A stretch of DNA of 64,000 bases from Prasinococcaceae sp. CCMP 1430 (lineage: Eukaryota; Plantae; Prasinodermophyta), in the NCBI GenBank assembly GCA_013416795.1, contig RQSC01000032.1, positions 1 to 64,000 on the forward strand, written 5' to 3'. The notes under the pieces are model-generated. The model ran no database searches, was not told where the DNA came from, and saw only the letters and a program-made list of their open reading frames with translations. Position numbers and translations under genes: made by a program. Of the stretch, positions 41,473 through 51,806 are shown piece by piece; positions within the stretch are counted from its first letter, which is position 1, and the number at the start of each line of letters is the position of its first letter.

Positions 41473-43247
41473 ACGGCCACCTAAGAGATCAAAAGGCGCG
41501 GTCGGGTCCCTGGGGAGCGTGGACAGCGAAGGACGGCAGGGCGGGACGTTGCGCAGCGCGCGGGCGCCGTCACGCGACGAAAGGAGAGAGTGTCAGCGCA
41601 CCAGCCGCAGCGCCAGCGCCGGCCAGGCCTGTAGCACTTGACCCGAGCGACGCGCCGTGGGTAGCATGGTTCGCCGCACCGCGCACACAGCCAGGCAGCC
41701 GCGCGAGCGGGCCGAAGCATGCACGCGCGCTCGCGTCCTCGCCTCGGCGAGTGCGCGCTAGCGCACCGCAGCAGGGCGCTGGGCGCGAGCGCCTCAGGGA
41801 GCCGCGCCCTCGCCCACGGGCGGGCGCCCTCGCGCGGAGACGTACATGCCACCAACCGTCGCGCCCCGAAGCGTCCGTGGGCCCAGGTGTCCGCCGCCGG
41901 CCCCTTTGCCTCGGCGCCCGATGCCGTCGCGTCCCGAGACTCGCGCGGCCGCCGCGCCCTCTTCCCCCCTCCTTCCCGGCCTCCCGGAGGCCCTGCCGGC
42001 TCGGCCGGCCCTGTCTCGCGCTCTCGTGCGCTGCTGTGGCACCCCGCCTCGCCGCGCGAGCCCGGTCGCCCTTTCTTCCGCCGCGTCCGCCGCGCGCGCA
42101 CGCCAGGCCCCGAGCGCGGGCGGGACGCGCGCGCTCTGGCCGCGAGCGCAGCGCGCACGGCAGACAGCGAGGCGTGGGCGCAGCGGCGGGGTGGGGTGGG
42201 GGGGAAGCGGGCTCCGGGCTGCTGGGCGAGCCCCTTTGCTTTGCACATTGATCTCCGCGGAGCAAAGCGCGTCGCGTTTGGTCGCGTTTGCGTTGGTTGG
42301 GGGACTCGAGCGAAATATGATTCCGTGCAATTGCCAATTGGCGCCGCGCAACCTGCCGCTGCGGCGCTCTCGCCGCCCGCGCACCCCAAAGGGGGGGGGG
42401 GGAGGAGGGGGGAGGGGGGGGGGCGATCGCGGGGGAGGCCTCTCTGCGGAGGCCTCGGATGGGAAGGGAGGGGGGCAGGCCAACAGGCAAACCCCCTCAG
42501 GGGCGTGCTGAGGTGGGGCGCGCAGCCCGCGCGCGCCTGGACGCCCGCGTCCCCCTTCCCTTGGCCGCGCGCCCGCCGCCCCCCCCCGGCGGCGCGGCGC
42601 GCGCCGGCGAAAGCGCCCTTCCGCACAACGAAACCGCTCCTTTGCCCTTTTTTTTCACGTCCGCCGGGTCCCCTCCGGAAGAGACAGAGAGACACGCCGC
42701 CGCCGCCGCGGCGGGGGTGCGCTCGCCGGCTGTGCCGCGTCCCCCGAAACGCATGCGAAATCGCCATCAAAATCTTTAGTCGCCCGTGGTTTAATCATAT
42801 ATNTGCGCGCAGCATCAGCGACACGGCATGCGCGCGCGCGCGCGCTCGCGCAGCGGCAGCGAAACGGCATGCGCGGCGCGGGGCACGCGCTCTGCTGCGC
42901 AATCGCCTGCGCCGCCGTCATATGGGGTTCGGGCATCCTCGGCATCCACGGCGCCTGCTGCATTGGATCGAGTGGCTCCCAGGCGCCGCCGTGGAGGCGC
43001 GCGCGCGCGGCGGCCGCCAATTGCAGATTTGTTGTCCCTTCAGATGACGGTAAGAGACGGTTAAGCGTGATCGGTGACGTCCCTCCTGCGTGCAGTGGAG
43101 TGGATGGATGGGGTTTACCGGGCAATGCGCCGCGCCGCCGGGGCGCGCGCCGTGTGGGCGGCAAGGCAAGCGCGCGCGATGTGCGCGGCGTGAGGGACGC
43201 CTACGCCACACCTCCACACGCGCCCACCACCACCCTCTCACAGCACG

Positions 43248-46200
43248 ATGGGACCCGTGGTGCCGAACCCCCCCTTCGATTCGACGCTGCGCGACGAGGA
43301 CCTGGAGGCGGTGCGGAGCAGCGCGGACGCGGACGGGCGCCTGAGCGGCGCGGCCGTGGAGGCGCTCGCGGACTTCCAGACGACGTGCCGCAACCTGGGG
43401 TGCGACGCGCTGGATGAGGCCAAGTTCTGCGAGCTGCTTGATGGCATCGGGTACTCCGTGGGCGCCGGCACTGGGGAGGTGGCGGACGCCAAGACGCTCT
43501 TCGCGGACATGATCGCCATGGTGAGCGCCGTGGCGGGCAGGAAGGTCGAGGTGCTGGACGTGGAGGCCATGAAGTCGCTGTACGCCTCCACTCCGTACTG
43601 CGGGGTGGACGAGGGCGCCAACACCGGCTCCGCGCTGATCGCGTACGTGCAGGAGCTGTTCGAGGAGTTTGACAAGGACGGCAGCGGCGGCATCGACTCC
43701 ACTGAGTGCCGCCAGCTCATCGAGTCCATGCTCGGCGAGGACGACGCGAAGGAGCTGCTCGGCGGCGCCTTCGACATCGACGCCTTCGTCGCCTCGATGG
43801 ATCAGGACGGCGACGGCAACATCAGCCGGGAGGAGCTCTGCGCCGGCCTGCTCAAAATCAAGCAGGAGCGGTACGTCGCGCCGCTGCCGCGCGACTTCAA
43901 CGTGGCCCTCATGGACCCAGCCATCGCGCTCGCGGACCGATTCTGCGCCGTGCTCGGCGAGTGGGTGAACGACCACGAGGCGATGCGCCACCACTTCCTG
44001 TCCAACCTGCAGACGGGCGGCTACGGCTCCAACGCCAAGCGGCTCATCGTGCAGTTCCTCACGGCATACCACCGCTTCAGCACCAACTTCCGCGGCTACG
44101 TCGACGCGGTGCGCGCGCTAGTGCCAGAGGCCGAGGCGGTGCTGATGGAGAACCATGACGAGGAGTGCGGCCGGTACGACAGCGCCATGCTCGCCGAGCT
44201 GCGCAGCGCGGGCATCGATCCGGCGAGTGTAGACGGTGTGCCGCATGACGAGCTCTTTAAGCGCACGATCGACGCCATCGGCGCCAAGTTCGGCGGCATC
44301 ACGTGCGACGACGCGGCGCTGGCCGCGGAGGCCATCGCGCCGCTCATCGAGGCGTTCGAGACGCACGTGGTGAACAAGAGCACGGCGAGCGCGGCGAGCG
44401 CCGTCGGCGCGCTGCTGTTCGGCTCCGAGAACGTCGTGCCCAGGATGTACAAGACGTTCTACGACATCATCCAGGGCGAGGACGCGGAGGGGGCGCTGAC
44501 GAAGGACGACCTCGCCTTCTTCACGCTGCACATGGACATGGACCAGGACCACGCGGCGAAGCTGCTGGGCGTGGCGGAGACGCTGGGCCAGCGGCGCAGC
44601 GGGCGCGAGGAGATGATGCGCGCGGCGCAGGACGTGATGGAGGCACGCATCAAGGTGTACGAGAACGTGATCCGCCTCGCGCTGCATGTGGAGGGCGACG
44701 ACAAGGCGGGCATGGGCGCTGACAAGCTGTACGACGCGCAGAGCGGCAACTGGAAGCGCACCAAGCCGACGTGCCTCAGCGACTTCACTGGGCGCCCGGT
44801 CGTGTTCGAGACGTGCAAGCCCTTCGTGCAGGGCGCCAACGTGCTGGACCTAGGGTGCGGCGAGGGGTACGTCGCGCGCAAGCTGATGGAGATGGGCGCC
44901 GAGTCCGTGGTCGGCGTCGACGTCAGCGAGAGCATGGTGGCGTCGGCGGAGGCGAACAAGGTGAGCAGCAAGGAGAGCTACGTGCAGGGCAACTGCGCCA
45001 CCGTCCGCAGGACGCTGATCGAGTCGCCGTCAGCCATGGGGGTGATGCCGGGGGCGGACCTGGAGACGGGCCCCTTTGGCCTGGCCGTCGGCTGCTTCGT
45101 GTTCAACTACGTCTCGATCAGCGAGATGCGCAGCACCATGGAGGACGTCTTTCGCCTGCTCAAGCCCGGCGGCACCTTCGTGTTCAGCGTGCCGCACCCG
45201 TTCATGCTCCTGCAGAACAGCGGCGACGACCAGACGTTCGGGTTCCGCACCAACGGCGAGGACGTCACCGGCTCATACTTTTCCCTGCGGGATCGCGCCT
45301 TCGGCGGCACCATCAAGACGACGGCCGGGACGGGGCTGAACGTGAAGATGAACTTCAAGACGCTGGATGACTACACGCGGATGCTCACCGACCTGGGCTT
45401 CACCATCTCCGGCATGCAGGAGGCGCGCGTGCTGCCTGAGCACATGCGTGAGAACAAGGCGTTCTTCGACAGCGTGAAGGACGTGCCGCTGCACCTGGTG
45501 TTCAGCGCGACCAAGCCCGTGGAAAGCAGCACCATGGGTAGCAGCAACGTGCTGGACCTCCTGCCGAAGAAGATCCTGTGGAACAAGATTGCGACCAACA
45601 ACCCGGTCCAGTCGTTCGTCATGCCCTTCCCGTCGGACGCGCGGGAGGAGCTCACCGCGGTGTGCCTGCGGTGCTACGACCAGGGCATCGGCGCGGACGA
45701 CTTCGAGATGAACGTGCACGCGCGGGTGAGCGAGATGCAGGCTGTTGCGGAGCACGCCGCGCTGGTCCGCTCGCGCCTGCTCAACGACGTGGGCGCCATC
45801 CTCGTCCGCGGGCTCGACATGGAGCGGTTCGGCGGCCTGGCGAACCTCGAGAAGATGACACACTGTTCCAAACTGGCGTACTACATTTATTCGAGCTTCA
45901 TGGGACAGGTGGACGCGGGGGCGCGCGGGCGCCTCTTCGACGTGAAGAGCGCCAACCTGGACGTCAAGGCGGACAACGTGCTCTTCAGCGTGTCCGACAC
46001 GGAGGCGGGGTGGCACACGGATGGCGCCTCGAAGGACCGCGTGTACGACGTGGTGAGCCTGCTTTCCATCGTCAAGGCGAGCTCGGGCGGCGAGTTCCGC
46101 ATCGCCAACGGCGCGAACGCGCTGGAGGAGCTCAAGCTCCGCCTGCCCAAGTTCATGATGTACGAGCTGCTCCGCCCCATCCCGCGCGACGTGCTGGAGA

Positions 46201-46604
46201 ACGGCAGCGGGAAGGGCGCCGCGGGCATCGCGATGAAGCTGTCGCGCAGCGAGCACCTGCTGGCGAAGCGCATCAAGTACAACTCGTACCCCATCTTCGT
46301 CGACAGGGGGGAGCGGATGCGCTTCCGCTACATGCGCTTCTGGATCGAGACTGCGCACCGCAAGGTGAACTGGCCCATCTCGCCGCTGCTCAAGGTGGGC
46401 ATGGACCTGCTGGATGAGGAGCTCGACAACTCGTGCTGCTTCAACGAGAGCATGGAGCCGGGCGACATGATTTACGACAACAACATGATCGTGGCGCATG
46501 CGCGCAACGCCTTCAAGGTGGCCGACGGCCAAGCCCCGCGCCACAAGGTGCGCGCCTGGCTCCAGATCCAGAAGGCCGAGCTCCTGGCCAACGGCTTCAA
46601 GTGA
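43248..46604 (+). CDS. Multidomain enzyme: 2x EF-hand + heme-oxygenase-like diiron oxidase (HDO; CADD/TenA/PqqC fold) + class I SAM methyltransferase + TauD/TfdA-like Fe(II)/2OG dioxygenase
   Basis: EF loops DKDGSGGIDSTE and DQDGDGNISREE; HDO ligands ENHDEECG, PHDELF, GSENVVP and HMDMDQDH; MT motifs VLDLGCGEG, VGVDVS and RLLKPGG; TauD motifs GWHTDG and PGDMIYDNNMIVAHAR. Single exon with a strong GC3 bias. Confidence 0.88.
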   Translation: MGPVVPNPPFDSTLRDEDLEAVRSSADADGRLSGAAVEALADFQTTCRNLGCDALDEAKFCELLDGIGYSVGAGTGEVADAKTLFADMIAMVSAVAGRKVEVLDVEAMKSLYASTPYCGVDEGANTGSALIAYVQELFEEFDKDGSGGIDSTECRQLIESMLGEDDAKELLGGAFDIDAFVASMDQDGDGNISREELCAGLLKIKQERYVAPLPRDFNVALMDPAIALADRFCAVLGEWVNDHEAMRHHFLSNLQTGGYGSNAKRLIVQFLTAYHRFSTNFRGYVDAVRALVPEAEAVLMENHDEECGRYDSAMLAELRSAGIDPASVDGVPHDELFKRTIDAIGAKFGGITCDDAALAAEAIAPLIEAFETHVVNKSTASAASAVGALLFGSENVVPRMYKTFYDIIQGEDAEGALTKDDLAFFTLHMDMDQDHAAKLLGVAETLGQRRSGREEMMRAAQDVMEARIKVYENVIRLALHVEGDDKAGMGADKLYDAQSGNWKRTKPTCLSDFTGRPVVFETCKPFVQGANVLDLGCGEGYVARKLMEMGAESVVGVDVSESMVASAEANKVSSKESYVQGNCATVRRTLIESPSAMGVMPGADLETGPFGLAVGCFVFNYVSISEMRSTMEDVFRLLKPGGTFVFSVPHPFMLLQNSGDDQTFGFRTNGEDVTGSYFSLRDRAFGGTIKTTAGTGLNVKMNFKTLDDYTRMLTDLGFTISGMQEARVLPEHMRENKAFFDSVKDVPLHLVFSATKPVESSTMGSSNVLDLLPKKILWNKIATNNPVQSFVMPFPSDAREELTAVCLRCYDQGIGADDFEMNVHARVSEMQAVAEHAALVRSRLLNDVGAILVRGLDMERFGGLANLEKMTHCSKLAYYIYSSFMGQVDAGARGRLFDVKSANLDVKADNVLFSVSDTEAGWHTDGASKDRVYDVVSLLSIVKASSGGEFRIANGANALEELKLRLPKFMMYELLRPIPRDVLENGSGKGAAGIAMKLSRSEHLLAKRIKYNSYPIFVDRGERMRFRYMRFWIETAHRKVNWPISPLLKVGMDLLDEELDNSCCFNESMEPGDMIYDNNMIVAHARNAFKVADGQAPRHKVRAWLQIQKAELLANGFK

Positions 46605-46911
46605 GCATGTCAGGCAGAGTCCACGCTTCACGGCGAGCGCACGCATTAGTCAGGGGCATCCGGCGCCTCCCCAACTCCGTTTTAATCCAACCAACCCCAA
46701 GCACTACTGCACGTGTGCGACGCGTCCCGAGCGCGTTCCCATCCGATTCGCGGTGACGACGAGGGCGGGCGCGCGCGCGGCTCCGCGGGGCGTGCGCGCC
46801 GCTGGATCCACGCCCGGCCTCCATCGGTCGAGGGCGAGCGCGCAGACGATGAAACTCCGACGAAAAAAAAGTTACGGCGCGCCGCGCGCTCGTCGCGCGC
46901 CTGGGGGCGCG

Positions 46912-49829
46912 CTACTTGAGCACGACGCCGCTGGTGATCTTCCAGGCCTGGGCGTCCGCAAACCATTCCATCACGTAGCGCGCCTTGTAGGTCGCCTTGT
47001 AGCTGTCGGTCAGATCGGGCTTCCCGCCGTCGAAGAGCGCCGCGCTCTCCTCGAGCGTGCAGTCGACGGTGGCGACCGCGCCGTTGTTGCGCATCGACAC
47101 CTTGTCCACCTGGACGTTTATCAGCTCGTAGTTCCAGTGCCAGCCGCTCTCCAGCGATTCCTCCGCCCGCTCGCGCCATTGCTGCAGCATCTCTCCAGCC
47201 AGGATCTGCGGCAGGCCGCTGAGGTCGTGTTGCCCCCCGAGAGCCATGGCCTTCACGCTCTGCCACCGGCGCAGGAGGCGAGCCGCGAGGGGGCCGTCCA
47301 TGCGCTGCAGCGGCTTTGCGCCGGGCTCCTCAGCAGGCTTGGCCTTGGCGCTGCCCGCGCTCGCGCTGCTCCCGGCTACCGCCTTGCTGCCACTCGACGC
47401 GAGGGGTTTCACCGCATCCTTCGCGGCGCTGGCTGCGTTGCCCGCCGCGCTGGCCGCGTTGCTCGCCGCGCTGGCCAGTCCATTGATCGGAGCGAGCGCG
47501 AGCGCGCCCACAGTCTGCGCTGCGACGGCAGGGTCGCGCAGGGGCGTGCGCGGCACCACGACGACACCGGCGCACACGAGAGCCCCGACCGCGACGAGCG
47601 TCAGCGGGTTCGCCTTTACCGCCTTCCTCGCCTTCCTCTGCTCGCGAATCCGTGCGCGGATGGCGTCAACTGATTCCAGGTCGTCAAACTGTCCGCCTTC
47701 GGCACGGTCCTCCTGCTCGGCGATGTCCCACTGCGTCGCAGCCTCGGCGCTCTCACTGACGGCGGGCACGGGCATCGAAGCCACCTCACCGGCCGCGACC
47801 TTGCGGGTCGCCTCCATGCGCTCCTCGTAGACCGGAAACTTGGCCTTGCGAGCAGCCTCCTGGCGCGCGACGTACCCCGGCACCTTGCCCTTGTTGGCAG
47901 CGCGCGCGGCCTTGCCAGCCACCGAATCTGTGGCGGCGCCAGACTTGTCAGAAGGCGGGCTCGGCGGGAGCACAGGCGGCGGGCTCGGCGGCGGGCCCGA
48001 GGGCGGGCGCGGAAGAGGAGGCACGAGCGGCGGGGGCACAGGCAGGGCAGGAGGCTGCGCCTCATCGCCCATCCGCGGGCCAGCAGCAGCCGACAGCTCC
48101 GACGACGCGACCGTCTGCTCGTCGACTTTGGCGGGCTGCTGCTGGCCTGTAACGGGCTGCGCCTGGCGCTCTGACGTACCCTCAGAGTCAGCCGACGCTA
48201 TCGGCAGTGCTTGCCGGATGGGACCCTTGCGCTCGCGCGCAGCGTCCGCGGTGGCCCGCGCGGCCGTTGCCGGCGTCGGCGCTGGCTTGCCCTTGAAAGA
48301 ATCCTTCACCCGTGCCAGCCCCTGCCTGACCGCGTACCACGACCTCTGTGAGAGGCGGCCAAGCGACTTCTTCGCCGCGCCCACCGGCCCCAACTCGAGT
48401 CGCTCGAGGTCCCGCCGCACGCCCTCGTCGTCGAAGTAGTCGTTGAGCAGGCCGCGCTCACCGGCAGTGTCCCTGAAACGCGCGAACACGGCCTCCGTCA
48501 GCCAGCGCTCCGCGAGGCGGCACAGGCCGAGCAGGAACTCGTCATCGTCCTCGGAGTGGCTCATGACAAACTGTGCCGCTGGGCTGCGCCGGATTGGTGC
48601 TCCATCGGGGGCGACGTCCAGCTGCAGGAAGTTGCGCGCTTTCGCGGGCTCGCCCAGCAGGAGGGTGCACATGGCGCGCTCGAGCGTGACGTCGCCAGGC
48701 ACCTGCGTTCCCTTCGATCCCGCGGGCGCCCTCGCGGCCGACGCCGGCGTCGCCTGGTTGGCCTGTCGCGCTTGCTCCGCCTGTATTTCGGCGAGCAGCC
48801 TGTCGGCTTCAAGGACGAGCCTCGGCTCGCGAGATCTGAATCCGCAGGCAACGTTGGCCAGAGCGGCGGTGTACAGCTCCTCCAGAGTCAGGGCTGGGCT
48901 CGGAGGCGTAGCGGCGAAGATGTCGACGAGCTCACGGGTGGTCATGTGGGCATACGCGGCCGCCTTGAAGCGCCACAGGTCGGGCGGGCCCGCGCTGGTA
49001 CCAGTCTTCGCGGCGCCCGCCGCCGCAGCTGCGGTGATCGCTCCCTCGCGCGACCACAGCAGGTCGCGCAAGCCCTTCAGCCCCCGATCGCGGTTGTGCC
49101 GGTTGTCCTCGCCGATGGGCAGCGCCAGCAGCTCGATCACGTTGCGCGGCTTCATCTCCGCCAGGGTCGTGTCGATGGCGTCGAGGAGGCGTGGGGCGAG
49201 CGAGGTGCCGCCGTGCTCCCGCAGCAGGTGCGCGGCGTGCTCCAGCTGCTCGCACCCGCCGACGACGTCGGGCGGGCGCGCACCCATGGCGACGCGGCCG
49301 AGGTCGCATCGCGCCAGCGCCATGCACACGGCCACGTCGGAGGCGATGGCTCGGCCGGCGCGTCCGCGCATCGCCTCCTCGCCAACCTGGAGCACCACCT
49401 CCTCTTCTCCGGCCTCCTGGAGCAGACTGAGCACGCCTGGCACCAAGCGCAGCGGCACCTCCTGCACCAGCCCGTCGGCGTCGGCTCCCTCCTTGAGGCC
49501 GCGCGCGTAGATGTCGCGGGTGCTCCCGTTGCCGAGGATGCCCGCTACGACGCGCAGCACCTCGAGCCGCGCGTCGAGCGCGTTGGCGCTCAGCCCCTCG
49601 GCGGGCGCCGCCGCCAGGCGCTCCTCGTAGCACCTGGCCACCGATGCGCTGCTCATCGCCGTGCGCAGGCCGAGCACGGCGAAGAAGTTCATCGGCACGC
49701 TCACGCAGCGCTCCTCGGGCCCGGCGGCGAAGGCCGCGCCCGATGCGGCCGCGATCGCGGTCGCCACCGCCGCGGCCATCGCCTCGCCCTGCGGGTCGTC
49801 GCTGGCGGCCTCGCCCCCGACGGCCGAGG
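46912..49829 (-). CDS. ARC6: Chloroplast division protein ARC6 (Ftn2 homologue); 5' end lost in the gap
   Basis: J-like domain (VPMNFFAVLG..RLEVL..A..L....R..Y), VPGVLSLLQEAGE, DV..MALA.CDL, LAPRLLDAID.TL, ERAMCTLLLGE, GLCRLAERWL, a TM segment and the C-terminal DUF4101 region (WQSVK..ALG..HD...L..IL.GEML.QW). Confidence 0.92.
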
Positions 49830-50613
49830 NNNNNNNNNNNNNNNNNNNNNNNNNNNNNNNNNNNNNNNNNNNNNNNNNNNNNNNNNNNNNNNNNNNNNNN
49901 NNNNNNNNNNNNNNNNNNNNNNNNNNNNNNNNNNNNNNNNNNNNNNNNNNNNNNNNNNNNNNNNNNNNNNNNNNNNNNNNNNNNNNNNNNNNNNNNNNNN
50001 NNNNNNNNNNNNNNNNNNNNNNNNNNNNNNNNNNNNNNNNNNNNNNNNNNNNNNNNNNNNNNNNNNNNNNNNNNNNNNNNNNNNNNNNNNNNNNNNNNNN
50101 NNNNNNNNNNNNNNNNNNNNNNNNNNNNNNNNNNNNNNNNNNNNNNNNNNNNNNNNNNNNNNNNNNNNNNNNNNNNNNNNNNNNNNNNNNNNNNNNNNNN
50201 NNNNNNNNNNNNNNNNNNNNNNNNNNNNNNNNNNNNNNNNNNNNNNNNNNNNNNNNNNNNNNNNNNNNNNNNNNNNNNNNNNNNNNNNNNNNNNNNNNNN
50301 NNNNNNNNNNNNNNNNNNNNNNNNNNNNNNNNNNNNNNNNNNNNNNNNNNNNNNNNNNNNNNNNNNNNNNNNNNNNNNNNNNNNNNNNNNNNNNNNNNNN
50401 NNNNNNNNNNNNNNNNNNNNNNNNNNNNNNNNNNNNNNNNNNNNNNNNNNNNNNNNNNNNNNNNNNNNNNNNNNNNNNNNNNNNNNNNNNNNNNNNNNNN
50501 NNNNNNNNNNNNNNNNNNNNNNNNNNNNNNNNNNNNNNNNNNNNNNNNNNNNNNNNNNNNNNNNNNNNNNNNNNNNNNNNNNNNNNNNNNNNNNNNNNNN
50601 NNNNNNNNNNNNN
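49830..50613. other. Assembly gap (784 N)
   Basis: A run of N that hides the 5' ends of both ARC6 and the cysteine protease. Confidence 1.
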
Positions 50614-51786
50614 GGCCGGCGCGCGCGCCGCGCCGGCGGCGGCCGGCGGCGCATTCGCGCGGTACTGCGCCGAGCATGGCAAGGCGTACGGCGACCCCGC
50701 CGAGTACGAGCTGCGTCGAAGCCTCTTCGAGCGCCGAGCGGCTGCGGTGGTCGCGCACAACGCCGCGCGTGCCGCGTCGCACACGCTCAGCGTGAATCAC
50801 CTCTCGGACTGGACCGAGGACGAGCTCAGGGGTCTCACTTCTGGCTACAAGCGGGACGACTTTGAGGCGCTCCCGACCCAGGTGCCCTTCGACGAGGCCG
50901 AGTTCGAAGGCGATGACTTCGAGCTGCCCGAGGAGTTCGACTGGCGCGACGCACAGCCCTCCGTCGTGACGGTGTGTGGCGCCCCCTCGCGACGCGCGAG
51001 CGCCCGTCCGCCCCCGCTCGTGTGCTGACCCCCACCCGCGCCGCGTCGCAGGCTGTTAAGAATCAAGGGCACTGCGGGTCCTGCTGGGCCTTCTCGGCGA
51101 CGGAGACGCTCGAATCGGCCGTGGCGCTCTCAGGAGGGGGAGAGCTGTTCAATGCGTCCACGCAGGAGTTCGTCAGCTGCGTGCGAAACAAGCTCGAGTG
51201 CGGTGGCACCGGCGGCTGCGGCGGAGCGACGGCCCGCCTCGCTTTTGACTGGGCTGTGTCGAACGGGATCACGCCCGAGGGCTTGTATCCGTACACGCAG
51301 ACGACCGGCACGTGCGAGACCGCGAAGCTCGAGCCCAAGGCGGGGATCACGGGTTTCGTCGCGCTGCCGCGCAACAAACCCAACCATCTCGCCAGGGCTC
51401 TCGTAAAGCACGGCCCGATCAGCGTCACAGTTGCCGCAGCGCGCTGGGCGCCCTACGGAGGCGGCGTCTACAACGACACAGACGAGTGCGGGTTCGACCT
51501 AGACCACTTGGTCCAGCTCGTGGGGTACGGCACCGACGCGGCCACAGGCCAGCGGTACTGGACGATAAGGAACTCATGGGGTCCGACGTGGGGGGAGGGT
51601 GGCTACATACGTCTCGCGCGCGAGGCTGAGGGCGACGAGCCCGCGGAGGGCGTCGATACCTCACCGCAGGAAGGCTACACCTGCAAGGGTGGACCCGCGA
51701 ACATAACCGTCAAAGGCGTGTGCGGCCTTTATTCCGACAGCGCGTATCCGACCGGCGCGTACATGAAGACCAAGGCCCAAGCGTGA
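50614..51786 (+). CDS. Papain-family (C1A) cysteine protease with I29 propeptide; 5' end in the gap; intron 50972-51051
   Basis: ERFNIN-like prodomain, VNHLSDWT, FDWRD, VKNQGHCGSCWAFS, DHLVQLVGYG and YWTIRNSWG; the catalytic Cys/His/Asn are intact. Confidence 0.93.
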
Positions 51787-51806
51787 GCTGAGATAAGTGC
51801 GAGTCC

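Noticed and set aside
43248-46604. The fusion gene as bacterial contamination
   Set aside because: It has EF-hands, host-type codon usage and host-like flanks, with no Shine-Dalgarno or operon context, and is continuous with ARC6 downstream. Read mapping should still confirm this.
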